Shown: piece after piece, positions 13,634 through 28,450 of the stretch | How the letters are laid out: the number at the start of each line of letters is the position of its first letter | How positions within the stretch are numbered: position 1 is the first letter of the stretch | Assembly: GCA_010015805.1 (NCBI GenBank) | Contig: ML978124.1 | Span: forward strand, 1,612,001-1,676,000 | Source of the DNA: Rhizodiscina lignyota | Taxonomy: Eukaryota | Length of the DNA: 64,000 nt | Reading direction: 5' to 3' | Notes under the pieces: generated by a model | What the model saw: the letters and a program-made list of their open reading frames with translations, nothing else | Told to the model about the DNA's origin: nothing | Databases searched by the model: none | Made by a program: the position numbers and the translations under genes

Positions 13634-14379
13634 TGCACATGAGATCTGGGACCTGTCCTGGATGGATGGGGGCGGCCGAAGTCATACCTGGAGCTACTGA
13701 AGTCATTGAAAGCGCGGTGTTTCAGGAGAAGCAATGGTTTCGGTTTCTCGCATAAGGCGGCGGCGTGTACGATACCAAGGAAGACTTAATGAAATGCGAA
13801 GCAATAACGACCACGAAATAGCTCCCTCGATCACATGCTCTCTTGAAACGTGATCCAATTTCCCCACCGTGAAGACGAAGTTCTAGACGCCCAGAAATAG
13901 CTTAGCAAACGCAGGGAAGCAAGGGAGCTTCTCGTGTAACAGTTCCAGACGTTTACTTCTCTCGAGCAGCTTGTCCTTTTGCTTCACCATCCGATGTCGC
14001 CGCGTTCGTTTGGCCTCGCTATCCTCAGTAAGCCATCAAGCTGGAAGACGCGTCGAGTCGCAAAGCAAAGCCACGCACACGCGGTCGCGTGCTCGCAGAA
14101 AATTTTGCCATCCGCCAGAGCTGCCCCGTGCTTCCCTGCATCGGTAACCCCGGCAATAATGTAATGTTGCGTTGCGCTTCACTCCACGCGGGGGCGCGTC
14201 TCATTTTTCCCCTCAAAAATTTCTTCCTTGGCTTCCAAGCCATCCAGGCTTTGCGTGCGACTTTCTCCGATCACGCCGGCCGCAGAACTGCAGGTATTTC
14301 TGCTCGTCGAGCTGCCAGGGCTGCCCGATGACGCTTTCGAATGACAGCCCCCTGCGGAGCATCGCCAAATTTCTTGTGT

Positions 14380-14710
14380 CATTGTCCAATGAGGTGGCGG
14401 CGATAAGGCCTCTATCGCTGGCTACATCATCAAGCTCGTGGAGCTCTCGCGAACCGTGCATGATTCCTCTCCGCGCATTCTGCAGCGGGAGGTGGCTAGC
14501 TCGCTCTCTACCCGCCCTTCATGTCAGAAAATCTTCATTCAGCTGCTGAGCCGTCCAATTGGAGGCCATCGGCGGCTGGTGAGATGCTGTAGCTCGTGCC
14601 CGAACCGGTCGAGCTAGGCCCTTCTGTGACGCCAGAATAATGTAGAGCTTGGTGAGCTCCATGAGCTGCAACGAAATTTCTTTTCTTCGACCGTAGTGAT
14701 AAATTGGTTC
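14380..14710 (+). promoter_or_regulatory. Putative gdhA promoter with CCAAT boxes and GATA sites
   Basis: CCAAT at 14386 and 14555, reverse ATTGG at 14703; GATAAG at 14402, GATAAA at 14698, reverse GATAG at 14412. Fungal NADP-GDH genes are known targets of the CCAAT-binding complex and of nitrogen regulation. These short motifs also occur by chance. Confidence 0.35.
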
Positions 14711-14843
14711 ATTTCTGTGTCCCTTCTTCCACCAGAGCAGTGCCATTCCTCTGTCACATCTACCATTTTTTCAAAATCACTCAATTGATCCATTTACTGT
14801 CCGTCTCTCCCATCTCTGACTCACGACCACCACTACATCCAAC

Positions 14844-16444
<1,601 letters not shown>

Positions 16445-16819
16445 TGCACTCGGCGCGTTGGTCATGATCAATGCGATTTTTAGGAACGCAGCTCAAAGCG
16501 ATTATTGTACATAGTATTTCAAGCGAGTGGGAATTAATGATATTACGAAGTACCCTATGTCGTTCCATGGTGTGGCTTAGCGTGGCTGGTGTGTGTGGCT
16601 GGAGGATATCGGCCGCCAGTATTGTGACTCGATGTTTTTTGTGGTCTCGAGTACCGACTCTCTGCGAGAGTACTTCGCACCAACTCATCTGCCCCTTTCT
16701 CACTTTCACGCATTTCTCCGACTCTTTGCACATAAAACCGAAACCGGCCATCAGAAGGACAAGGTGGATCATGATTGAAGTCGTAGAAGAGAAGAAACCT
16801 ACTCAAGACAGAATTATGA

Positions 16820-17904
16820 TTACCCAGACTGTGAATGGAACCAGTCCAGAAGGGCCTTTTGTGCTTTCAGGCTCTCCTCTTGAGCACGAATCGACGCCCT
16901 CAACGCTTCTCGGATACTATCTCTAACGTCTGGAGCCTCGCTAGAAGCGACTGCTGTCATCTGCGCTGTTTGATGTTTATTACTGCCCAATTCCGGAATC
17001 TGGACACCATGCTCTTCCTCGTTGCGCACCAGCGACGCGGTAATCTGGTCTACGCGCTTGCTATTCAGCGGCAGGTAGACCACGAAAACCGCCCAGGCCG
17101 AGAATATAATGAAAAAGAGTAGAACTGCCAGGTTGGCGTTGCTACCTTTCAGGGCGCCCAGTTTCGCGGTCCACAACGAGCCGAGGTAAATCCCCAACGC
17201 AACGAATAGGGATACTATGGAAAAGCTGAGCAGCCTGTTGGGCGCTGTCAGGGCTGAGGCAGCTGTGAGCGAGGGGATTCGGTCGCCTTGGTTCGCCGTA
17301 TGGTCTGTCGTCCACTCTGGCCTGTCCTGGCCGAAGATGGCGGTGAGGATGCGATCGGCAAGACTGTTTCGTGGCGACGTGAGCCACTCTCGAACGTCCT
17401 CGGGACTGTGCAGGTCGCTCAGGATCTTCTGGATATAGAAGGAACAGAAAGTTGACAGGATCCCACTGACCAGGCTCGTGTATGCAAATGCTGTGGCGGT
17501 CCAGTGGATATTGCCAAAGTCGGAGAGGCCAGGCATGGTGATAACTATTTGGGCGATGATGGCGGCCTGTTGGCGGATTTCCTAATTAGCATATGATTTG
17601 TATTCAAACTCATGATTCAGAGGGCATTGATCCAAACTGAAGAACTCACCGAAACGGCTTCTAGGGCGAACGTGTCTTTGTAAGATTCTTTCAACCCCCA
17701 TGCTTCCTTCGAGTCTCCATTCAACACGTACTTTCGTATGCGATGCGTGACTTGAGGTACATCGATATTGACCAAGAGACTCCAAGACAGCGGGCTAGCG
17801 ATATTCTCTCCTACGAGCCGAAGGAATTCCTCGCGGTCGGAAGCAGGAATGACTGCTTTCAACAGCGGGAAAATGGACGCTGCCGCATCACCAACAAAAT
17901 TCAT
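16820..17904 (-). CDS. Hypothetical multi-pass membrane protein with C-terminal coiled coil; 2 exons
   Basis: ORF from ATG 17904 spliced (GTGAGT...CAG, ~17650-17567) to ORF 16820-17536; about four hydrophobic segments. Confidence 0.6.
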
Positions 17905-18491
17905 TCTAAAATATAAAAAAGTATAAAAATTGCGCGAATATAGTCTATAGAGATATGATGGATGGAATCGGACGACGTTCTGTAGAAGCACCGGATCTGG
18001 AAAACATTCAACAGTCGGATGTGATGCAGAGCTGAAGGATTGAAAGGAACACTGCGCGGTAGAACTTTCGTGTGCGCGCAAAAGGTGAAGCTTGTTTTGT
18101 TGTTTTGCTTCCCGAGTGTATAACCTTAACGGTGCTCAAGTGATTTACGTACGTGCAAGGCAAGGTGAAAGGGAGCTAAGGTTCTTGCCCAACCAATCTA
18201 TGGCCCGGACGGACAGATTGGCAGAATCGCACTGTAAACCCAATTTCCAAGTCTGGAATGGCCAGCCTTGCGTCAGAAAAACGCGGTGGAGACCAGAATG
18301 TCGAGGACCGCTAAGTTACACATTTCCCATTAACATAGATTACATTCATCGGAAGCCGTACAATCTAGCTAACCCTGGCTGAAGTTTACAAGATCGAGAT
18401 TCCACTGATGCTCTCCCATGTGTTGAAAAGCAAAACCGACACATTTACACCCCTTTCAACTCCCAGCGACATCACTTATATTCGCAAGATA

Positions 18492-19856
18492 TCAAAGAAG
18501 AAAGATTGAAACGCCAAACGCAACAGCTGCGGCAGCCGACAGAACAGTGCCACCATGTCTCTCTGCCCCTTCTGACGTCGTCGGAGTCGTCTGGTGCGCC
18601 GAGAAGACTGTGAGTGTCTCTGATATCGAGCTGCTGTAATTGTGTGTGTTCGTCTCCCCGAAGCTCGCCGTCACCGGGTAGACCGAGACCTTTGTGCCGT
18701 CTGCTCCGAGGATCACTACACTTGTGTCCTTATAGCTAATCGTCGCGGAAGTGAGTATAGGGACCGTGGTCATGTACACCACCACCTCTGGGCCTCTACT
18801 GGGTGTATGGATGCCCTCGAATGAATATGAATTAAAACCGCTCCCGATGCTTGTGAGAAAGACGGTGTCGACTACTCCGAACCCGGTGATGTAATTATTT
18901 GGTATCGCGGACGTGTTCCAAAAGGTCGACATCGGGGTCACGGTCGAACCTATGCTATTCGCAAGAAGGTCTGGGGTCAGAAGAGGGGCAAGACTGGAGA
19001 TGGACGTTATGTCGCCAGCGAGAGGGGCAGTTGAGAATCGATCCATGGTTGCCCAATCAGCCGATAACGGCGCGCAGTCCTGGGTAAAGTTGACAAATCC
19101 ATAGAGCCAAAGAAATGCGTTTGGATCTGTGGGACTTTGTTATTAACAGTCCGTCCTTGAAGCGCTTGAGTGTGCAATGTTTCTCATACCATCCGAGTAA
19201 CAGAATCCAGCCATAGCCTCATTCGTAGCAAGGAGAAGGGGACTGTCTACTTGGCCACCGACTCCTGCGGCTCCCAGACAATATGCACAATTCACATAGG
19301 CCGGACTAGAGCAAAGTCAGTCACAGGTCAACCGTTGTTGATAGCAGATCGCAACCTGATGAGGTGTAACTCACTAGCCTTGCTGGCCGCAGAAGCAGTT
19401 TTGAAGCAACACACTTTGCGACTTATTATTCGGATTGGTGATTGGCCCGTAGTTAAGCCAGCAGAGTGTGAGGGTGGAATAGAGCCATAAGCAATAGCCG
19501 CAGTTCCAGCAATCCACAACCCTTCCGGCATGATATGGGATAGTACCGTTTGGAAATTGCGTCTGTAACCATGTCGTTGCTGGCCCCCAGGTTGAAGTTG
19601 GTAGTGCGGGAGGGGCAGTTCTAGTTGTTGCGAGAATCGTTGGTTGCTGTGCATTTCGTACGACAATGGCTGTCGTGACACTTATCAATGTCGTTCTGGC
19701 GCTGGTGGAACGCCCAGTTGTCGATGCGAATGCCTTGAAACGAGAAAATCGGTTTCGAACACCCTGTTGCACTGTGTCACCGCGCTTGGGGACCAAAGGA
19801 TCAGTTGACTGCAGGATAAGAATAAAGAGGAGACAGAAGAAGAGGCTGAATCCCAT
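18492..19856 (-). CDS. Secreted Cys-rich, Ser/Thr-rich, probably GPI-anchored protein; 3 exons
   Basis: Signal peptide MGFSLFFCLLFILILQS. Cys-rich segment (DCWNCGYC...CFCG...NCAYC...FC) assembled across GTGAGT and GTATGA introns. C-terminal GAERHGGTVLSAAAAVAFGVSIFLL. Confidence 0.7.
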
Positions 19857-22694
19857 AGCATCGATCCAAATAATGCATGAGGGCAACGAGAGTCGTGGAA
19901 CGATAATGCAGAGGAGTAACTGTCGAAGGAAAGGCTGCCGAAGGTATTAATTAGAATAGAAGATTTAGAGTAGCAAACATCTGCATCGATGCCGATGATC
20001 AAAGCTCAGCCCCTTTGCGCGTGATCTGTGACATGGCGCGTCATTGCAAACCCAGCTGTCGCTCACTCGAACTTTGCAAGCCGGTGATACCCGTCGGTAG
20101 CGCGGTGTACAACGTTCTATGCCTTGCTGTCCAAGGGATTCGTAGCGATTTCTGAGCGACGATATACTGCTACTCCGTGCTTCTAACGATTGCTTCTACT
20201 CGGCAACATCTCTCAGATGAACGCATAGTCGCATGGCTGAGTCGCTACTCATCCTGATACACCTCCAGGCTCTGAATTACTGCAAATGGCGTGTTGGAGA
20301 TGCGTGACCTACTGGATGTCATCGGATGGAGGATTCGATATTTCATTATGAGCGACGCGGCGGCGCGGCGATGTCATGAACTCGAACACCCTGTATCGCG
20401 TACGGGGCATTTCCAAAAGGACATGATTCTGCTATTATCTCGGGCTCTGTCGGCAGATCAGATATCGAAGGTCAGAATAATTCGAAATCTGGCGTGTGAA
20501 TGGTCGAAGAACTACAAAGAAGCTTGGCTTGGTGCCAATGAGGCAAAGAGCCAAACAGCACGTTCAGAAAGGAACCAAGAGGGCTTGCACATCGATGCGA
20601 GGCTCTTCTTTCACTCGTCAGCTCTTATCAACCTTCAATGAAGGGCATCCGGAGGGGTTCGAAGAGTCTCGCTGGTTGCTGGACATGGAGCGCCTTGTGA
20701 AGAACGTCCACGACACTTCGCAACGCATAAACCACGCTGTAGCCAGCAATGCCAAAGGACGTGATGACATGCGTTCTCATGGCAACCCCTCATCGTCGCC
20801 GAACTTCAGGGAATATGCTCGGTTGTCAGCTCGGGAACCTGTCCGACGTGGGTTTGTAGCAGATGAGTGGAAGTGAGTCATCATAGGCAAAGCATACCCA
20901 ATCACCAATCGAGGCAGCAGCGTCCGTGGGGGACTGATCGTATGAGTTGAAGTTCCAAAGGTTAGGACGTTCGGGTCGGGATTTTCAGGATGTATTATCC
21001 TGTCCTAAAAGCCGAAGAGCCGCCGAAATTTAGGATAGTCAAGCTCCTGAGTCCTGGTGGCTTGTGGTTTCAGACATTCCCATGCCACGTCATGTGAGAA
21101 TCGCAGGTTGACAAGATGATGGACTTCTTTACGTTTATACAAACATTACTCATTAAATTACAGGCGCCTTGGAGGAACTACAGGCCTAAAAATCATAATA
21201 TCCACACAAGCAGTGGCTTCGAACGTCGAGAATAGCGTAAGGAGGATCGAATGGCAGCCTGATACTAACGAAAGCTATGCCCGGACCGGAAAAATCGTGC
21301 CAGAACCAATTCGGAGGCCCGGTCACTCTCAAGCGATATCAACTAAGAGGCTTGTACGAGCGATATTCGAAATCGCATTGGTTCCAACGCTGGAGTAGTC
21401 GCTACCCGACGACTGAATGCTTCTTCTATTTGAAAGTCCTGCCTCGCTTGGCCGTCCCGTGTTGACGGTGTCGTGAGGAGGAGGCAATGCTAAGTACGCT
21501 ACAGGTTCTCCGTGAATTGAAGGCCAATAAGACGAACGCAGACCGGGACGATGACGATGCGCCAAATCGACTCACATGCCTGTTTGGTAGCTTCTCGACC
21601 TATTCAAACTCCCATTTCAGTGACTATTGAAATAGAACATTTGATTCGTGACGGCAATTACAGCAAAACGTTGCTCCCTTCTCTATCTTATCCCTTACGG
21701 AAGCGTCCTGAAGCAATCGCTAGGCGGTGAACTGCCTCACATGGCAATTATGATTTTTACTGTGAATGTAACTTCCACGTGCAAGATAGCGTGAGGCTGC
21801 CTCGCGACGCCTCGCGACAGTCGATTACCTTCACGAGGCTTTGCTGTGACTATCACATTCCGGTGAGATTAGCGTACCAAACGGGGCCATCGGCAGCGAT
21901 CCGGGCCTTAGTGCACCGTGATATCAGTGCTCTTCTCGTTTAGGGCTGCCTCCACAGCTCATTGTGCGAGTGCACAGGGGAAGCTCTCATTATGCGTAAC
22001 AAAATAGGGATGGCAGTAAAGCGCAAGGCAACATCGGCACAAGTGCAGAGATGGAAGTGACGTATTGGCTGCGAGGGAGTTGCAGTCGTAGTTGATGGAG
22101 CAGCAAAGAGCGACGATGATGCACTTGACACATGCGAAAGGAGCAGGCTCATCCAAGCAGAAATTCCACGGGTCGTTGAGACTTTGCGAGACAAAGCGTG
22201 GTTCTGTTGGAGGTTGAATATTGGCATTTGCTGGAGGCGGCGAGTTGGGACGCGACCAATTGCGTGGGAGCGAGAGGGGCATGCCTTAGCCCCGATGCCG
22301 CCCGGTATGGAACTGCGTAATGCTTGATCCTTACGCGCTGGCGGCGCCAGATCGCTCGCCAAGCCTTACATACGCTTTGCCTGAGCTGGCGCTTTCTTTC
22401 GTGACCCAAGACCCGACCTGCCTGTGACTTGCCTCTTCCGCATTTCAACATCGTCCCTTCCCTCGCGCAACCCGCTGCACATGTCTAAATAGCTCCCCTC
22501 AGAACCTCTTCACCTTTCTTTTCTTCCACAACCGCACACTTTTTCTTCAGTGCCAATTCTTCTTTAGGCTGTACTCGGTACTTTTTACACTTTTACACCT
22601 TCTGAAATCTCACCTTTCTCCTCTCGCCGCGTACGCCGTGCTATCTCCGGCCACGGTCACGACACCCAGGCCGTTGTCCGGTTTTGATCCAACC

Positions 22695-24689
22695 ATGGAT
22701 AACGCGTCGCATAGTGGAGCAAATGCCTCCCAAAAGCGAGCCAAGGGAGAACCGGCTCGAAAGAGAGTGAAGGGCGATGTCGCGAAGGGGCTCGACGGCG
22801 CCCCGAAGTCGACGCCGAACTGGGTATGCTGGAATATTGCTGCCATGAGAGATCAGCTCAAGCAACCCCAAATTCCTGAGCAGTTACGAACGGACTTGGA
22901 CGCACTCCTCTCGGCGATGCAGGAGCGCAAGGATCTCGTCGTCTACAACACGCCGTCCGCCGCACAAGCTGAGCAGGCGACCATGCTGGTTCGTCTCTAT
23001 CATGAACTAATCTCGCCGCCGGGCTCCCACGCCGCCACTAAAAGTTCACTGCCTCCTGCACTTTCAGAACGGTTGGCCGGCGACATGCTCCGGAAGCAAG
23101 ATGAATTACGCGAACTTCAGAAGCAGTTGGCAAAATGTGACGTATCACTCGAGCAACTTCGTCGCGTCAGTATCGTGCCATATCCGGGCTATGACCGTGC
23201 GCTTGCCGAAGCTTCCAACAATGTTGGACCACTGGTTGAGACACCGGAAGGCTACGTCATGCCTCAATATCCACAGCCCTGGAACATTCCACAGAGTCCA
23301 TACACGCGACACTACCAAAAGTGGCTCATACCCGACCCTCGATTTGATCCGGCAGTCATGGTCAAGGAACAGACCCATGTCCCTCTTGGAGGCCGTATGA
23401 CCAGGAACAGTCAAACTGCTGCTTTGACCAACCTGGCTGACCCGAACGCAGGTGCAACGGTCGCTCAAGAAGATCCGAATGCCTCTCATCGTGACCCAAT
23501 GATCATGAAAAATTCGAGAGGAGAATGGGTCAAGCTCAGCTGCAGCAAGTGCGACAAGAACCGTTTCAGAAACATTCAGGGTTTCCTTAACCATTATCGT
23601 CTTGCTCACAAGTGGACCTATCCCTCACAATTGGCGGCTGCTGATGAGAACGGCGTGCCTGTTGAAGACATCGATGCCAGTCTCTATGAGGATGCGCCAA
23701 AAACTACATCCAAGCCGCTCGCCAGGAGCATCGTGCCTCCTCCGCCACTCATCACTCCTTCAACAGGACTAGGTTCTATGCCCACGCCTCGGATCTTCTC
23801 TCCAGTCACAGTCGTCACACAAACGCATCGACGGCCCCAAGCTGCGGAACCCTTCGCGCACCCTTTCAACACACCGGACGGTGATCAGAGGGCTGCACAT
23901 CATCGTGGACGCAGTCAAAGAGACCCTAACGTATCAGCTTCTGATCACGTTAATCAAGCACCGTCTGCAAGCAGTGATTCCGAGTCTGCTGCATTGTCGT
24001 ACCTTGCCCAACGTCTTGGTTCCCGTGAGAAGCTCCCAAATGGCTGCCCCAGAAACCTCCAGCAGCTTAAGCAGATGATCGAAATGCTTCGGGAACCAGT
24101 ACCAGTTGATTCCGATAGCGATGACGATGGTACGCAGACGCCAAGCAAGACTGCGAAGGGTAGCAAGAACGGTAAAGCAAGAATGGCCCAAAGCAGTCAA
24201 AGCAGGGGAAGCCATGGGAAGGTCAAGAGTAATATTACCACGAGCGCCCGCACAGATTATTCCGCGGATATTCTTGACAGACCGGCTTTCAGTGGCATGG
24301 GCTTACCTGCGTCTCAGGCGCGATCTCAAGCCCACCTGGAACATAGTGTCGCTACTACGACTCAGCACGGCGCTTCGGAGAATGGCTACGTCAACACCGC
24401 CCACGCGAAGCCCACTGCGACACTGCCGATGCCGGTCTCTTATTTTCCAATGAACTCTGACGATTTGTCGCCGCATAACGAGCCCGACATGGTCAGTGAT
24501 CGCGGCGACGACGATGACTTTCAACCTGAACCAACCGAACCAGCCCCTCCTTCTCCTACTGGAAAGCGTGTGCGTGTCCGTAACGATGCGGAAGATGAGA
24601 TGCAGGATGGTGCGCAGGAGCCTGCTCATACCCCAGCACCAAAGAGGGCAAGGGGAAGGCCCAAGAAGACTCAAGACACCGAGTCTTAA
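22695..24689 (+). CDS. Ahc1-like protein (ADA histone acetyltransferase complex component) with C2H2-like finger; intronless
   Basis: ELRELQKQLAKCDVSLEQLRRVSIVPYP coiled segment and GEWVKLSCSKCDKNRFRNIQGFLNHYRLAH finger resemble fungal Ahc1 homologues. C-terminal AT-hook-like KRARGRPKK. Confidence 0.7.
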   Translation: MDNASHSGANASQKRAKGEPARKRVKGDVAKGLDGAPKSTPNWVCWNIAAMRDQLKQPQIPEQLRTDLDALLSAMQERKDLVVYNTPSAAQAEQATMLVRLYHELISPPGSHAATKSSLPPALSERLAGDMLRKQDELRELQKQLAKCDVSLEQLRRVSIVPYPGYDRALAEASNNVGPLVETPEGYVMPQYPQPWNIPQSPYTRHYQKWLIPDPRFDPAVMVKEQTHVPLGGRMTRNSQTAALTNLADPNAGATVAQEDPNASHRDPMIMKNSRGEWVKLSCSKCDKNRFRNIQGFLNHYRLAHKWTYPSQLAAADENGVPVEDIDASLYEDAPKTTSKPLARSIVPPPPLITPSTGLGSMPTPRIFSPVTVVTQTHRRPQAAEPFAHPFNTPDGDQRAAHHRGRSQRDPNVSASDHVNQAPSASSDSESAALSYLAQRLGSREKLPNGCPRNLQQLKQMIEMLREPVPVDSDSDDDGTQTPSKTAKGSKNGKARMAQSSQSRGSHGKVKSNITTSARTDYSADILDRPAFSGMGLPASQARSQAHLEHSVATTTQHGASENGYVNTAHAKPTATLPMPVSYFPMNSDDLSPHNEPDMVSDRGDDDDFQPEPTEPAPPSPTGKRVRVRNDAEDEMQDGAQEPAHTPAPKRARGRPKKTQDTES

Positions 24690-25819
24690 AACTTTTCGAC
24701 CCGATGCAGCTCATAGAGTGTGTCATGGATTACTCATTACCCCACTTTTTCTGTTTGTGTTATTATCAGCTTTGCAGATTGCTTGTCTCCCTTGCATTGT
24801 TTTTGTTAGTGGCAATCATCTTGCTACGATGCTTAGACACGACTCTCTTTTAGAAGCATAGTGTGTGTGGCGTTACTAAATTCTTTGCGTTTACTGCTTT
24901 TTGCCATTTGATCACACGCGATTGTCGTACTCAACGTTAGGCTCTGTCTGCGGGTTCGACAAGATACCCAGATACCCGAGATACCCTCTCGCAGAGGAGC
25001 CCTGACATTCTAAAGCAATTCGTGTTGATCTTTTGCGCGGCAGTGGTGGCATTTTCTTTTCTGGCCAGCCAATACGGCGGCCTTGTGTATGTTTTAGCAA
25101 CGATGTCTTCATTCCACTTGCTGTATTTGACTACTGGGTTACCGGAAAGATCAATGGATCTAAAAATAGGGCGGCGATATAACGACCATCTAGATTGGAT
25201 TAATTTCACATTGCTGTAGTTTAGAATACTAAGGTAGATAAGCCAGAAAAGGGTGGCCTGGGTAGGGAGAGGTGTTTGCATTCTCGAGTGGTGGTTGCTT
25301 TGTACAATACAACTAATGTCAAATTGAACAACTTAATACTATGCTTTAACGAACACCTCAAGAACACATCTCGGAGTGGCACCCTGCATAAATTCCGATG
25401 TCAATCAAGAGGTACTGAACGTGACCAGGTATGTTGTTGACCCCAACCCTACCCCGATGTCTACCAACTTATCATCTCCGCCCCCATCACTCAAACGGAG
25501 TATTCAAGCTGCGATATCACACAACCTTCAGGCCCGGAGGTGAACGTGAAGACGGACCCACAGTTGGAGTTGATGAAGTCCGGGTAGCTCAGATACTATG
25601 GTCCGGCATGTAGCTATGGAGCCTCATTCCTTTAGATTGGCGACGCAAAGTGCTAAAGGAAGCACCTCAGCCCGACATTGATTCAATTCCGTACACTTCT
25701 GCAGCACGCCCTCTGCCCTTTGGTGCGCGCAAGGTTGCGGTCGCCCCGGCTCTCGCACCGCGCCGGTTCCTCTAAGGATTGGCAATGGAATACTGATGTC
25801 GTCCCACACTTGAGACTCT

Positions 25820-26165
25820 TCACGCGCCCATGAAGATCGACGCTGCCATGATGACACAGCAGATACTGACGTACGGACTCAGTCGCTCGCCGATGCGCGC
25901 GCATTTCCAGAAGATGCCGAAAACGCTGTAGGTGAGCATTAGCAACTAGATCCTTGATTGGGTGAGGCCGTGGCGGCAGAGTGGAAAGACTTGCCCATCT
26001 TTATTGCGGTCCATTATACCTGGGAAGACATAATGCGTGTATGCAGAGGTGCAGACGAGGAGGAGGATGACGAGGAGGAGAGACTGGAAGTTGAAGAGGG
26101 CGGTCTGGATATCTGGTTAGCTATCGCGTTGAGAATGTTGAGCGTATTTAGAGTAAATTTACCAT
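25820..26165 (-). CDS. KSH1: Protein Kish (Ksh1/TMEM167), 74 aa; 3 coding exons, not in the ORF track
   Basis: Exons 26165-26163 (ATG only), 26104-25995 and 25925-25820 give [72 protein letters not shown]. Confidence 0.93.
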
Positions 26166-26451
26166 CTTTAGAAATCCGCAAGAGATATCAGAGGACAGCA
26201 GAGGATGCCAAAGGACAGTATAGAACACCAAAGGACACCAACTTGCCAATTGGTGTAGCTGTCAAGATTGCCGGATAAACTGCGGCATTTCCTTCACATG
26301 CCTTCGAGAAGCTTTGACTTCATTTCTTCCACTCACTTTCTCCACTCACCATTCACTTCTTGGACAACACCTCCCTCCAAGCCAAATTCAACTTGCCAGG
26401 AAGCTCGTCGACTGTCTCTATCGACAGCGACGTAGCACAAGTTGATGCGCC

Positions 26452-27034
26452 ATGACGGAACCACGCATGCGCCAGCGCGTCAAGGGGCAGCAGTTCGCTC
26501 CAAATGATTGTAAGTCGCAAAGCCCACCTCAGAACCGGCAATTTCTTATCCTAGGAAAGCTAATTTCTTCGAATAGTGGAAGCTCTCCTCATGGGGTTCG
26601 GCGACTCGCCCCAGCCGCCCCTCAAAGAAACCATCCGCACCCTAGATGAAATCATAACCGACTTCATCATCGAAACCTCCCATGCAGCCGCACTGTGCGC
26701 TTCGTACTCACGGCGCGCAAAGATAAAGGTGGACGACTTCAAGTTCATGCTACGGCGCGACCCGAAGAAGCTGGGCAGGGTGCTGGAAATGCTTTCGATG
26801 GATAAGAGGCTAAAGGCGGAGCGTAAGGCTTTTAGCATGGAGGAGGAGGAGTTGAAGCGCGCAAAGGCTGCGCAGAGGGCTGAGGAAAGGAGTAAGAAGA
26901 GGAAGGGAGGAGCTCGTGATGACGAGGATGAAGAAGAGGATGAGGATGGGGCGGATGGGAGCATCGTAAATGGCACAACGGAGAAGAAGAAACCCAGGAA
27001 GAAGAGAGTGAAAAAGGAAAAAGAACGTGAATAA
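26452..27034 (+). CDS. TAF13: TFIID subunit TAF13 (histone fold) with acidic/basic tail; 2 exons
   Basis: LLMGFGDS...ETIRTLDEIITDFIIE...KIKVDDFKFMLRRDPKKLGRVLEML; GTAAGT...TAG intron ~26510-26576. Confidence 0.9.
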
Positions 27035-27305
27035 TTCGAACGAAGATGGCTCCGTCGATTTTAATTGCATAGCGAGGAGTTCAAGGCCACTATCACAGGA
27101 AAGGTGCATAAATGGTACGGGTTGCATATGGCGAACAGAGCCGGCTTGGGAGTACTGAATCTCAAAATACGCGCTACAGAGCGCAGATGACATTACAATG
27201 CATTAACCTGCAGCATTCGTAGTCATCTATCATCCCAATCATACCACTAAACGCCTTGTGCTTTTGCCCGGCCCTATGCAAGATGCTGCGTCAAATCACA
27301 GAATT

Positions 27306-28450
27306 TCATGATTCCGCCGATCTGTTTTGCTGCTGCCGACCCTTGTTCCTATCACCTCTTCTGTCTTGCCTATCTTTCTGACCACCTTCGCCTCCCGTCG
27401 CGCCACCAGTGCTCTCTGGTCCAAGCGTCAAAGCCGCAGTTGCCAGCCGATTCGAGAGGTCTATTTGCGTTCGTATCGTGTTTGCGAGGTATGAAACTAC
27501 CAGAACATCTTGAATGTGGTTGTTGCTGCACTATAATTAGCCCTTGCATAATATGACCTTTGGGGACGGCCCAGGCCTCAACATACAAGTCTCTTTCAAT
27601 GTCTGCCGGATCGACCTTCGGTGCCAAGCTTAGCGCATTCATCAAGAACTGGCCTAACGCATTGCTGGGAGATGCCTCTTCGTCTATCACCTCGTTCACG
27701 TAGTTGCTGACGCGGGCCAGCATCTCGAGCACCTGCTCAATTGCGCGCTCCAAGCTCTCCACGTCCCCCATCACTCCCACGCTCCTATCCTCACTGTCCT
27801 TCGCCGCTGCTATCAGTTCGAGACCTGACTTATCTGCTTCCCCATACTTGATTTCGTATGGTACTGGGATGAAGAGACATGACTCGTCCGCCCTCTCAGC
27901 TGTCACTCCGATCGGCGCAGAGATGTATGTCCTTGCCTCGATTTCCCGACCAGGTTCCGTGCTCACAGTAAGATGTACTGCTGGATGTGGCCACGTACCA
28001 TCTCCTTGTTGTCCGTAAAAGTTCTGGATGAGCGCAGAGAAAGTATTCAACTCTGCGCTCGTCGCATACCAGCCCACCAGAACTTCTCGCGGGTTCGCTC
28101 GTAGGTGAAGGCTCAGCATCGTCTTTTGGAACTCCATGTCCACTTCTACTTGCTCGGCAGTCTCGGTATGTGGTACGGCATAGCAGTTTCGAATCTCGAC
28201 CTCAGTGCCATCTTCGCTGCGCGTGCCGAGTAAGGTGCCAATGACGCGGTCTTGGTCAGGGTTCCGTCGGAGAGAATGGTCTAGGATGGAGAAGATAGCC
28301 TGAAGAATATCAAAACTTTGAATACCACAAAGAGAAGACTCCTACCTGTGGTTGTATGGTGACGCTGAGAGGGGCAGTCACTGGTTGGGCGCCGACTTGG
28401 GCAGGACCAAGAGGACGCGCAAGATGGAGAAAGGAGTCTTTGTCATCCAT
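27306..28450 (-). CDS. eIF3f: Eukaryotic translation initiation factor 3 subunit F (MPN domain); 3 exons
   Basis: [75 protein letters not shown]. Confidence 0.93.

Noticed and set aside
20960..21056. Imperfect inverted repeats (CTGTCCTAAA...TTTAGGATAG) as MITE or ncRNA
   Set aside because: Arms are only ~10 bp, with no target-site duplication and no second copy in the window.
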